Source: an uncultured bacterium
Lineage (GTDB): Bacteria; Auribacterota; Erginobacteria; Erginobacterales; Erginobacteraceae
Reading direction: 5' to 3'
NCBI GenBank assembly: GCA_963822585.1
Contig: CAWGIE010000012.1
Span: 1 to 13,482 of the forward strand
Length of the DNA: 13,482 nt
Part shown: positions 1 through 7,611 of the stretch, one piece after another
Numbering within the stretch: position 1 is the stretch's first letter
Layout of the letters: every line of letters begins with the position of its first letter
Notes under the pieces: generated by a model
What the model was told of the DNA's origin: nothing
The model's database searches: none
What the model saw: only the letters and a program-made list of their open reading frames with translations
Made by a program: the position numbers and the translations under genes

Positions 1-717
1 CGAACACCGAATGTCGCATCGATTCGATTGCGCAGTCGTGGGCCGTGATCTCCGGAGCCGCCGAACGCGACCGCGCCGCGACGGCAATGAAGGAGGTGGA
101 CCAGCAGCTCGTTCGCCGCGATGAGGGACTGGCGCTGATCTTCACGCCGCCGTTCGACAACACCCGCTCGACCCGGGTACATCAAGGGCTACCCGCCCGG
201 CATCCGCGAGAACGGCGGCCAATACACCCACGCCGCGCTCTGGTCGGTGATCGCCTGTGCAAGGCTCGGCGACGGCGACAGGCCGCCGAGCTGTTCGAAA
301 TCCTCAATCCGATCAACCACACCGCACGCGCGCGGATACGTATCGATACAAGGTCGAACCGTACTAGCCTGCGCCGAGTCTACGCCGAGCCGAGCCATGT
401 CGGGCGCGGCGGATGGACCTGGTACACGGGCTCGGCCGGATGGATGTACCGGGCGGGACTCGAGGACATCCTCGGCTTTCACCTTCGGGGCGCAACGCTC
501 GTCATCGATCCCTGCATACCAAAATCGTGGCCGGGCTTCGCGATCGCGTTCCGGTACCGCTCGGCGCGCTACGAATCGTGGTCGAGAACCCCCACGGCGT
601 CAGCCGCGGCGTGTCTCGCGTGGTGCTCGACGGGCAGACGCTGCCCCCGGGCGACGCCCGAATTGCCCTGGCTGATGATGGGGGGCGCACCATCGCCTCG
701 AGGTGGTGCTGGGATGA
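1..717 (+). CDS. C-terminal part of a GH94 glycoside phosphorylase domain, cyclic beta-1,2-glucan synthase NdvB/ChvB type (5'-truncated by the window edge, frameshifted)
   Basis: Stitched frames read ECRIDSIAQSWAVISG...LIFTPPFD...DPGYIKGYPPGIRENGGQYTHAALWSVIA...ILNPINH...RYKVEPY...HVGRGGWTWYTGSAGWMYRAGLEDILG...DPCIPKSWPGF...IVVENPHGVSRGV...HRLEVVLG*. These are hallmark motifs of the NdvB C-terminal GH94 domain. Stop TGA at 715-717. Several 1-bp indels. Confidence 0.9.
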
Positions 718-829
718 AGGCGCTCCGGTGCGTTCCCAGAAGGCGGTCTGGCCGCCCTGGTTCGTCGCCGGCGCGTAATGCGATCCGGGACAGACGCGCG
801 CAGCGGAGGCGTAAGATGGACGGCAGACG

Positions 830-2564
830 ATGACCACGATCAGCCCCCTGGCCGGCAAGCCCGCTCCCGCGTCGATGCTGGTCAACCTGCCGAGACTGGT
901 GACGGCGTATTCCGCCGAGGATCCCGACCCTGCCGTCGCAGCGGAACGTGTCGCGTTCGGCACGTCGGGGCACCGTGGCTCGGCGCTCGAGCGGACCTTC
1001 AATGAGGCACATATCCTGGCGATCACGCAGGCGATTCGCGCGTATCGCCAGGCGCACCGGATTGACGGGCCGCTGTTCCTGGGCATGGACACCCACGCGC
1101 TCTCCGAGCCGGCGCTGGGCGAGCGCCCTCGAGGTGCTGGCCGCCAACGGCGTCGACGTGATGATCGACCAGGATTGTGGCTACACGCCGACGCCGGTCA
1201 TTTCGCACGCGATCCTCTCGCTACAACCGCGGTCGCTCGGACCGGACTGGGCGGACGGCATCGTCATCACACCCTCGCACAACCCGCCCGCAGACGGGGG
1301 CTTCAAATACAATCCTCCGACTCGGCGGCCCGGCCGACACCAACATTACCGGCTGGATTGAGCAGACGTGCGAACGTCGCTCCTGGACCCGTTAACGACC
1401 TGCGCTCCGTCCGCCGGATGCCGTTACGAGCGCGCTCGACGTGGGCGGCGGGCACGCATCTCCACGACGACATCACCTCCCTACGTCGACGACCTCGGGG
1501 AGCGTCGTCGACATGGCCGCCATCCGCGCGCCGGTGTGCCGCGTCGGCGTGGATCCGTTCGGGGGGGGCGGCGTGCACTACTGGGGAGCCGTATCCCCGC
1601 GCGGTACGGGATCGCGGTGACCGTGGTGAACGACGCGGTGGATCCGACTTTTCTGCTTCATGACGTGTGGATTGGCACGGCCGGATTCGAACGGACTGCT
1701 CCTTTCGCCTACGCCATGGTGCCTGTCTGGTGGCGATGCTGGCGACCGGTTCGACGTGGCCTTCGCCAACGACGCCGACTCACGATTGCCATGGGATCGT
1801 GACGCCGACGGCGGGGTTGATGAACCCGAACCACTACCTGGCCGTGGCGATTGCGTATCTCTTCACGCATCGAAGCCGGGGTGGCCGGCCGAGGGCCGCG
1901 GTCGGCAAGACCGTTGGTCAGCAGCGGGATCATCGACCGCGTGACGAAGGGCGCTCGAACGGCCGTCTGCTCGAGGTGCCGGTGGGGTTCAAGTGGTTCG
2001 TGAACGGCCTGCTCGAGGGGCTCGCTCGGTTCGGCGGTGAGGAGAGTGCCGGGGCGTCGTGCCTGCGCATCGACGGTAGCGACGTGGACCACCGACAAGG
2101 ACGGCATCATCCTCGGCCTGCTGGCGGCCGAGATCACCGCCACGTCTGGGCATCCGATCCCGGCGCGCGCTAGCGTCGAGCTGACCGCTCGAGTTCGGGA
2201 CGCCGGGTCGACGAGGCGGATCGACGCGCCCGCCACCCCCGCGCAGAAGCAGCTGCTCCGGCAGCTGACGCCCGCCGAGGTCGACGCGAAGGAACTGGCG
2301 GGCGAAGTCATCCGCACGATTCTGACGACCGCTCCCGGCAACGGCGAGGCGATTGGCGGCCTGAAGGTGATGACCGACCACGGATGGTTTGCCGTGCGCC
2401 CGTCGGGTACCGAGGACGTGTACAAGCTGTATGCGGAGAGCTTCCGGGATTGCCCGCACCTCGAACGGATCCAGGCCGAGGCACAGGCGATCGTCACCCG
2501 GCTGTTCGCGCGGGCGTCCACCGCGGCCGCCCCCGGGACCGCTCCCGTCAAGGAGTCCCGATGA
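830..2564 (+). CDS. pgm: Phosphoglucomutase (alpha-D-glucose-1,6-bisphosphate dependent), many apparent frameshifts
   Basis: N-terminus [10 protein letters not shown]...[11 protein letters not shown]; catalytic Ser loop [21 protein letters not shown]; metal loop NDADHD-HGIV (across a frameshift); [10 protein letters not shown]...[24 protein letters not shown]...[21 protein letters not shown]. Spread over ORFs 830, 948, 1368, 1660, 1667 and 2037. Confidence 0.95.
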
Positions 2565-2609
2565 GGCGCGCCCGTTCGGCCGCCCCAACACGGGACGGCC
2601 GCGCGCTTC

Positions 2610-2625
2610 TGTTCACTTCTGAACA
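2610..2625. promoter_or_regulatory. Perfect palindrome TGTTCA-cttc-TGAACA, putative Crp/Fnr-family operator (site A)
   Basis: Perfect 6+6 inverted repeat in the pgm-to-small-membrane-gene intergenic region. A weak -10-like GACCGT follows 22 nt downstream (2648-2653). Related copies occur at 4189, 5288 and 7550. Confidence 0.55.
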
Positions 2626-2740
2626 TCCCCGGCTGAACGGGTGGGGGGACCGTGGTGATCGCGGTCCGAGTGTCTGCGGCTACCGGTCTGGATGACCCGC
2701 CGGGGCCAGCGCAGCGCCGTCTCGCGCGATGGAGCGTGTC

Positions 2741-2971
2741 ATGCCAGGGCCTTTCAAGATGTGGATGGGTGTGGTGGTCTGGCTGCTTATTGCGGCCTTC
2801 TTCGGTCTCGGCTGGGCGCTGGACAAGATCACCCTCGGGACGCTGACGTTCCTGGAGTTGTTGGTGCTGATTCTGGGGGCGGTCGCGATCGTCTTCTGGC
2901 GCAAGATGGCCAACCCGCCCGAGTCAGTCGAGCAGTTGCTGCACGACACCGATCAGTCGACCCGAACGTAG
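2741..2971 (+). CDS. Small two-TM hypothetical membrane protein (76 aa)
   Basis: MPGPFKMWMGVVVWLLIAAFFGLGWALDKITLGTLTFLELLVLILGAVAIVFWRKMANPPESVEQLLHDTDQSTRT. GGAG lies upstream of the ATG at 2741; two hydrophobic segments; paralogous to 4298..4474. Confidence 0.75.
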   Translation: MPGPFKMWMGVVVWLLIAAFFGLGWALDKITLGTLTFLELLVLILGAVAIVFWRKMANPPESVEQLLHDTDQSTRT

Positions 2972-3219
2972 GCTCGCGGTCGTCGCGTCAGGCGCTACTC
3001 GCCACCGCGATCCGGAGTGTCCCGCCGCCGGCGCTGATCCTCGCGCGTGTGCACGGGGGTCTCCGGCTGGTCGGCGGCGTTCTCCACACCCTCGATGACC
3101 TCGGCCTCGTACTCCTGCCCGGTGTCGGCCAGTTCCTCCACGCTCTCATCGGCCGCGTCGGCGACCTGCGAGAGGCCCTGCGTGTCGCCCGACTGGCCTC
3201 CACTGTCGGGGCCGACCTG
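2967..3219. repeat. Direct repeat, copy 1 (253 bp), of 4574..4823
   Basis: Read base by base, it is identical to 4574..4823 except for one substitution (ggcgct vs ggagct) and a 3-bp insertion (gtc) in this copy. Confidence 0.97.
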
Positions 3220-3282
3220 CAGGAGCACCTCGGGCGGTGACGCCCCGCGATTGGCGAGGATTGGAGTCGGACTCGGATCGAT
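2995..3282 (-). CDS. Small acidic, probably disordered hypothetical protein, copy 1 (~95 aa; start uncertain)
   Basis: ...QVGPDSGGQSGDTQGLSQVADAADESVEELADTGQEYEAEVIEGVENAADQPETPVHTREDQRRRRDTPDRGGE*. An in-frame ATC at 3282 sits 5 nt after GAGGT and gives a length similar to copy 2. Confidence 0.6.
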   Translation of the reverse strand: MDPSPTPILANRGASPPEVLLQVGPDSGGQSGDTQGLSQVADAADESVEELADTGQEYEAEVIEGVENAADQPETPVHTREDQRRRRDTPDRGGE

Positions 3283-3290
3283 GGTGTACC

Positions 3291-4090
3291 TCACCTGGCT
3301 GGTGGTGTTGCGGCGGTTCGACTGGCGGTCCTGGCCCATACCCGGGACGGCCGTAGTGTTCGAACATGCCCTGCTCCTGCTGGCGCTCGAGTTGTGCCGT
3401 CGCATCGTATGGCGGCGACGTCTTGACGGCCTCGCGGGTCAGATCGACGGATATCGTCGCATCCGACCAGTGCGCCGCCTCGATCCACTGTGGGGAGATG
3501 AGCACGCGGTGGCCACCCCACCAGTTGCTCGTGTCCACAATCAGGTAGCGGATGGCCCAGTCGAGTTCGTCGACGAGCAGGTCCTCGACGTGGCCGATTT
3601 CGCCGTCCCTCGCCATGATGTGATGGCCGATTGTGGCCCGGCAGCTGCGCAAGTGGACGTCGTCAGGTGCGTGCGTCGCTGGCGTCCCCCGGTTCGTCAC
3701 GCCGTCGACCGGGCTTGGGGGCATCAGGCCGCCCGGGTACGCCCCCAGGCCCCACGAACCTCCGCCCTCCCAGTAGGACCGGTACCCGTAGTAGCCGAGG
3801 TGCGCGGCTTCGTGCTGGCGCGACACGGGTCTCTCCGTGTCGACATCGGGACTGTGTTCGACCTGCGCCCTGGTGATGGACACCGGTAGCAGTCGGCTCA
3901 TCCAGTCCGGGTGGCCGACGGCGAGCGGCGAAATCAGGACCTTCCTGCCGCGCAGCCAGTGGCCCGTGTCCACGACGAAGTAGCGGATGGCCCAGCCTTC
4001 GTCGTCGAAATACAGGTCCTCCACGCTGCCGATCTCACCGTTGGTGGCGCGGAGGGCGTAGCCTCGCAGATCTTTCGCGTTGCGTAACAT
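3291..4090 (-). CDS. PRC-barrel domain protein (two PRC-barrel repeats)
   Basis: MLRNAKDLRGYALRATNGEIGSVEDLYFDDEGWAIRYFVVDTGHWLRGRKVLISP... and a second repeat HLRS...GHHIMARDGEIGHVEDLLVDELDWAIRYLIVDTSNWWGGHRVLISPQWI. SD GGGAGG precedes the ATG at 4090. A probable 1-bp loss near 3338 (HYGRPGY[W]) would restore a stop at 3291; uncorrected, the frame runs to 3146. Confidence 0.9.
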
Positions 4091-4188
4091 CTGTCTTCCT
4101 CCCATGGCCGGGCTCGAGGAATCCGTGGGGCGGTCGCAGGATGCATTGCCTGTGGGCGCGAGTCTACCGATGCCGTGCGAGCGTGCGA

Positions 4189-4204
4189 TGTGCAGAACGG
4201 AACT
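4189..4204. promoter_or_regulatory. Imperfect palindrome TGTGCA-gaac-GGAACT (site B) in a divergent promoter region
   Basis: A -10-like TAGACT on the minus strand (4166-4161) lies 22 nt away toward the PRC gene. CAGCAT on the plus strand (4226-4231) lies 21 nt away toward the 4298 gene. Confidence 0.5.
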
Positions 4205-4297
4205 GCGACGGCCGGGCATTGCCCTCAGCATCGTGTCTCAGGGCCTCAGGATTCGTGGCGCCGATTACGAGAAGGCCGAGACTGCAGAGAGGGCAGC

Positions 4298-4474
4298 ATG
4301 ACAAGGAACCTCAAGTTCTGGATCTACGCCGTTGTCTGGGGGCTCACCGTGGGTGAACTCGTTCACGCTTTTGAGGCCGGTCAGATTGGCGCTGGCGCGC
4401 TGGAACTCGGTCTGATTGCCATGGGCGTCCTCGCGCTCGTGTTCTGGCCGAGGCGTCGACCGTCGGCGTTGTGA
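4298..4474 (+). CDS. Small two-TM hypothetical membrane protein (58 aa)
   Basis: MTRNLKFWIYAVVWGLTVGELVHAFEAGQIGAGALELGLIAMGVLALVFWPRRRPSAL. GAGAGGG precedes the ATG at 4298; basic tail after the second TM; aligns with the 2741 protein. Confidence 0.7.
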   Translation: MTRNLKFWIYAVVWGLTVGELVHAFEAGQIGAGALELGLIAMGVLALVFWPRRRPSAL

Positions 4475-4573
4475 TCGGCCTCAATGCGGCTCGAACCGTC
4501 CGTGGGCCCGCGCTGGACTACCGGGTGCCACCCACCGCATTCCGGCCAGCGACGTCGAACAGTGTCGGGACAG

Positions 4574-4823
4574 CGTAGGCTCGCGGTCGTCGCGTCAGGA
4601 GCTACTCGCCACCGCGATCCGGAGTCCGCCGCCGGCGCTGATCCTCGCGCGTGTGCACGGGGGTCTCCGGCTGGTCGGCGGCGTTCTCCACACCCTCGAT
4701 GACCTCGGCCTCGTACTCCTGCCCGGTGTCGGCCAGTTCCTCCACGCTCTCATCGGCCGCGTCGGCGACCTGCGAGAGGCCCTGCGTGTCGCCCGACTGG
4801 CCTCCACTGTCGGGGCCGACCTG
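4574..4823. repeat. Direct repeat, copy 2 (250 bp), of 2967..3219
   Basis: Begins cgtaggctcgcggtcgtcgcg and ends ...cggggccgacctg, the same as copy 1. Confidence 0.97.
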
Positions 4824-4877
4824 GCCGGGGTCGTCTCCGCGTTCATCCATCTGCGCATCGATCTTCGGCGAAGTCAT
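4602..4877 (-). CDS. Small acidic, probably disordered hypothetical protein, copy 2 (91 aa)
   Basis: MTSPKIDAQMDERGDDPGQVGPDSGGQSGDTQGLSQVADAADESVEELADTGQEYEAEVIEGVENAADQPETPVHTREDQRRRRTPDRGGE. AGGAG lies 9 nt before the ATG at 4877; about a quarter of residues are D/E. Confidence 0.8.
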   Translation of the reverse strand: MTSPKIDAQMDERGDDPGQVGPDSGGQSGDTQGLSQVADAADESVEELADTGQEYEAEVIEGVENAADQPETPVHTREDQRRRRTPDRGGE

Positions 4878-5021
4878 GACCACCATCTCCTGTGCGTCCG
4901 CCTGTTCTTCGTGGTGCTGGCACGCCGCGGCGGCCGCGTGCTCACGCTCCGAATCGTGAATGGGCCGCCCGTGCCCGGCGTGCCCCGGTCCGCCGGGTGG
5001 ATCGAGCGGGAGCGGGAATCG

Positions 5022-5238
5022 TCACGCCGTCCGCGACCATCGACCGAACATGTCCAGCCGTTCGGGGATGGCCTCGATTGTCCCGGTCGGCCGCCAGCGG
5101 ACGAAGGTGGGCCCGGCTGCCGCGAGGGCCACGAACAGCACGAGCCACGGGATTGCGACCACCCCGGACTCGGTCAGGACGAACATCCCAGAACGTCAGG
5201 AGCCAGAGGAGGACGAGATATCTGCGTGTCGACGGCAT
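5022..5238 (-). CDS. Small two-TM hypothetical membrane protein (~71 aa, one frameshift near 5190)
   Basis: MPSTRRYLVLLWLLTF / GMFVLTESGVVAIPWLVLFVALAAAGPTFVRWRPTGTIEAIPERLDMFGRWSRTA*. AGGAG lies upstream of the ATG at 5238. Not seen whole in the ORF track. Confidence 0.55.
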
Positions 5239-5287
5239 CGGGGAACAACTCCTGAATCTCACTCTACAGGTATGGGAGGGATGGCGG

Positions 5288-5302
5288 TGTGCAGAAGGAA
5301 CG
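5288..5302. promoter_or_regulatory. TGTGCA-gaa-GGAACG (site C; spacer one base short)
   Basis: Nearly the same as site B. A minus-strand -10-like TAGAGT (5266-5261) lies 21 nt away, upstream of the 5238 gene. Confidence 0.45.
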
Positions 5303-5317
5303 GCCGGGTGGTCCGTC

Positions 5318-5355
5318 TGACGCGGACCGGCGAGGGTCGCAGCGGCCCCGCGTCA
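5318..5355 (-). terminator. Possible stem-loop just downstream of the yihY stop
   Basis: TGACGCGG (5318-5325) pairs with CCGCGTCA (5348-5355); no clear U-tract. Confidence 0.25.
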
Positions 5356-5363
5356 CGCAGGGC

Positions 5364-6244
5364 TCATCGCGACGTGCGCGCCGAGTCGTGCGGGGCGGCC
5401 TGGGTGATGGTGGCGTTCAATTCCGCACCGATGAGGATTGCGAGGCCTGAGGTATACAGCCAGAGCAGGGCGACGATGACGCCGCCAATCGCGCCGTACG
5501 TCCTCTGGAAGGTTCCGAAATGGCCGGCGTACCACTTGAACCCGAGCGAGGCGGCCATCCACAGGCCCGTGGCGGCCAGTGCCCCCGGCGTCAGCCAGGC
5601 CCACGGCCGCCCCACGTGAGGGGCGAAGGCGTAGATCCAGCCGAGCGCGGTGACGACCAGGACGAAGATGACCGGCCAGCGTGCGATCGTCCACGTCCAG
5701 GTGAACGCCGGGCCCAGGTGCAGACTCACGGCGAGGCGTTCCGCAAGGTCCGGCCCGACCATCAGCAGTCCGAGGGAGACGAGCAGGAACGCCGCCAGCG
5801 CCACGTCAGCGCGATGGCGAGCAGCTGAACCCGCCACCACGGGCGCCGGTCCTGCACCTGGTACACCTGGTTCAGCGTGCTGATGAGCGCCGTCATCCCC
5901 GCAGAACTGCTCCAGAGCGTGCCCAGGAGACTGAACGTCAGCACGCCGCGGTGCGGTGCCATGGTGATCTGAATCAGCTGTTGCCTGACAATCTCGATGA
6001 CACCGACCGGCGCAACATGCTGGAGGGGGCCCACGATGACGTCGATCAGGGTCTGGGCCGGGATGTAGCTGGTGAGGGCGACGACGAACAGCAGCGCGGG
6101 GAACAGTGCGAGGAACCAGTAGTAGGCCAGTTCGGCGGACCACCCGAGACAGTCGGACTCGTAGAGGGCACGACCGGTCCGCTTCAGGATCGCGCCCCAT
6201 CCGACCGTGCCCGCGACCGCAAAGAGCGAGTGGCGCCCCGTCAT
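5364..6244 (-). CDS. YihY/virulence factor BrkB family inner-membrane protein (frameshift near 5804)
   Basis: SAELAYYWFLALFPALLFVVAL...LLGTLWSSSAGMTALISTLNQVYQVQDRRPWW...IYAFAP...LTPGALAATGLWMAASLGFKWY...TYGAIGGVIVALLWLYTSGLAILIGAELNA, a typical YihY signature. Confidence 0.92.
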
Positions 6245-6246
6245 CT

Positions 6247-7180
6247 TCACCCCGGGGGGGCGCGTCGCGAGTCTCCAGGAAGGCAGCCAGCTCCCGGTTT
6301 GCCGGGAAGTCGTGCGCGAGCCCCCGCGCGACTTCCGCCGCCTGCATCAGGTCGCCCTCCCGGACCAGCATGTTCCACAACGCGAATTCGGCTTCGGCGT
6401 GGCTGAAGACATCGGCTGGAAGCCGGGTGGCGTCACGCACCGTCTTCAGGGCGCGCTTCCGGTTGCCGCCGCCGAACAGCCACCGGGTTCCCCAAGGCAT
6501 CCTGGTGCTGACGATATATTCGAATCCAGCCGCGTGCGACGAGCGCCCGGACGTTCTGCGGGTGCGCCTTGAGCACCGCATCGAGCGACCGTCGCGCTTC
6601 CCGATATTCGTCCCAGCCCGTCCGGCGTCCCAGCGTGCCGAGCTGCAGCCAGACATAGTTCAGGTCCAGCTTCCCGAGGAAGAACAACACCGTCTCGTCG
6701 TCGGGGTCGGCCCGGAGCCTCGCGCGGGCCAGCGCCTGGCCGTGGTGGAGGTCCTCGAGGAACGCCGCCACCAGCGCCCCGCAGGTGGCGCAGGACCTGA
6801 GCGCGTCCTCCGTGTCGATGTCCTTGTCGGCCGGTCTGTCGAGCAGGGCTTTGAGTTGAAAGAGCAACGCGGAGGTGCGCAGCTCGTCGTTGGCGAGATC
6901 CTCGGTGCCCGACAATCGGAGGGCGAGCGCCAGGGCGGCGGCTTCCTCGTACCGTGCGTTGTAGAAGAGACGCTGGGCATCGGCCAGCGTCGGCCGATCG
7001 GTCGGACGGCCCGCGTCCTCGACGCTCGACTGGACGAGGCCGGCGGCGCCGCAGGATCGTGACCGCGCCCAGGCTCACCGCCACCGCGACGACCCAGCAC
7101 AGCCCCTTCGGGAGGAGTGCCCTCGGCTGGGCCGGGCCCGTGGCTCGACTCGCGTACCGATCGGCGTGAGGATACGACAA
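6247..7180 (-). CDS. Exported TPR-like all-helical hypothetical protein (frameshifts near 7052, 6522, probably 6255)
   Basis: Stitched: hydrophobic N-region LCWVVAVAVSLGAVTIL; TLADAQRLFYNARYEEAAALAL...ALARARLRADPDDETVLFFLGKLDLNYVWLQ...ARRSLDAVLKAHPQNVRALVARGWIEYIV...GGGNRKRALKTVRDA...LAHDFPANRELAAFL. GGAGGG precedes GTG/TTG at 7183/7180. Both ends are approximate. Confidence 0.7.
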
Positions 7181-7239
7181 CACAACCCTCCGGATGAACC
7201 AATCGCGGTCGCGAGCGGTGTGGCGGCCGGCCGCCTCGT

Positions 7240-7431
7240 TCAGCTCCCGACGCGGAGACTGGAGAGGGATCCGAGAATACCGAAGATCCTCAGGAGCCAC
7301 AAGACGACGACAATGACGACGACGGCATTGAGGATCGACTTGATGGAACCGGCCATCGGAATGTACGTGTTCACCAGCCAGAGCAGAACGCCAACCGCGA
7401 TCAGGACTACGACCATTTGAATCAGAGGCAT
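7240..7431 (-). CDS. Thivi_2564 family small membrane protein
   Basis: MPLIQMVVVLIAVGVLLWLVNTYIPMAGSIKSILNAVVVIVVVLWLLRIFG matches the family pattern GVLLWLVNxYIPMxxxIKxILNAVVVIxVVLWLL; SD GGAG. Confidence 0.88.
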   Translation of the reverse strand: MPLIQMVVVLIAVGVLLWLVNTYIPMAGSIKSILNAVVVIVVVLWLLRIFGILGSLSSLRVGS

Positions 7432-7549
7432 GACGTTCTCCAGGTGAGTGGGGTCAGGGCCCGGGCAGGTGCGCCCGGATGCCCGGGGGCCGCCCGTGTC
7501 GTGAGGGCGCTACCTGCTCTGGAGTGTGCATGACGAGGCGCCGGCAAAC

Positions 7550-7565
7550 TGTGCAGTTTTGAACA
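7550..7565. promoter_or_regulatory. Palindrome TGTGCA-gttt-TGAACA (site D) in a divergent promoter region
   Basis: Minus-strand CACACT (7528-7523) lies 21 nt away toward the Thivi_2564 gene. Plus-strand GATTAT (7588-7593) lies 22 nt away toward the lectin-domain gene. Confidence 0.55.
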
Positions 7566-7611
7566 GCCCGGCCCGGCCGCGCTCGGGGATTATCGAATGT
7601 GGAGCCCGATC

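Noticed and set aside
777..817. AATGCGatccGGGACA plus -10 TAAGAT upstream of pgm as a fifth operator site
   Set aside because: The left half-site is poor and the spacing is 19 nt rather than 21-22; only the -10 looks convincing.
2995..4090. Programmed frameshift fusing the PRC-barrel protein to the acidic protein
   Set aside because: There is no slippery sequence, a single-base loss restoring GYW and a stop explains it better, and indels are common throughout the window.
2967..4823. 250-bp direct repeats as IS ends, LTR-like ends or a CRISPR array
   Set aside because: The repeats are protein-coding, with no transposase, terminal inverted repeats or repeat-spacer periodicity.
4602..4877. Acidic peptides as RiPP precursors
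   Set aside because: No modifying enzymes, peptidase or transporter are nearby, and there is no Cys/Ser/Thr-rich core.
5364..6656. 430-aa ORF suggesting a TPR-YihY fusion
   Set aside because: Its middle section is out-of-frame nonsense; it arises from separate frameshifts in two adjacent genes.
6106..7062. Long antisense or alternative-frame ORFs (also 1709..2626, 3047..3889, 4416..5255, 8625..9482, 10434..11924)
   Set aside because: These are shadow ORFs of real genes in high-GC DNA, with Arg/Pro-rich or otherwise unprotein-like translations.
7460..7487. GC hairpin CCCGGGCA...TGCCCGGG in the Thivi_2564 leader
   Set aside because: An 8-bp GC stem is expected by chance at this GC content, and there are no riboswitch or terminator features.
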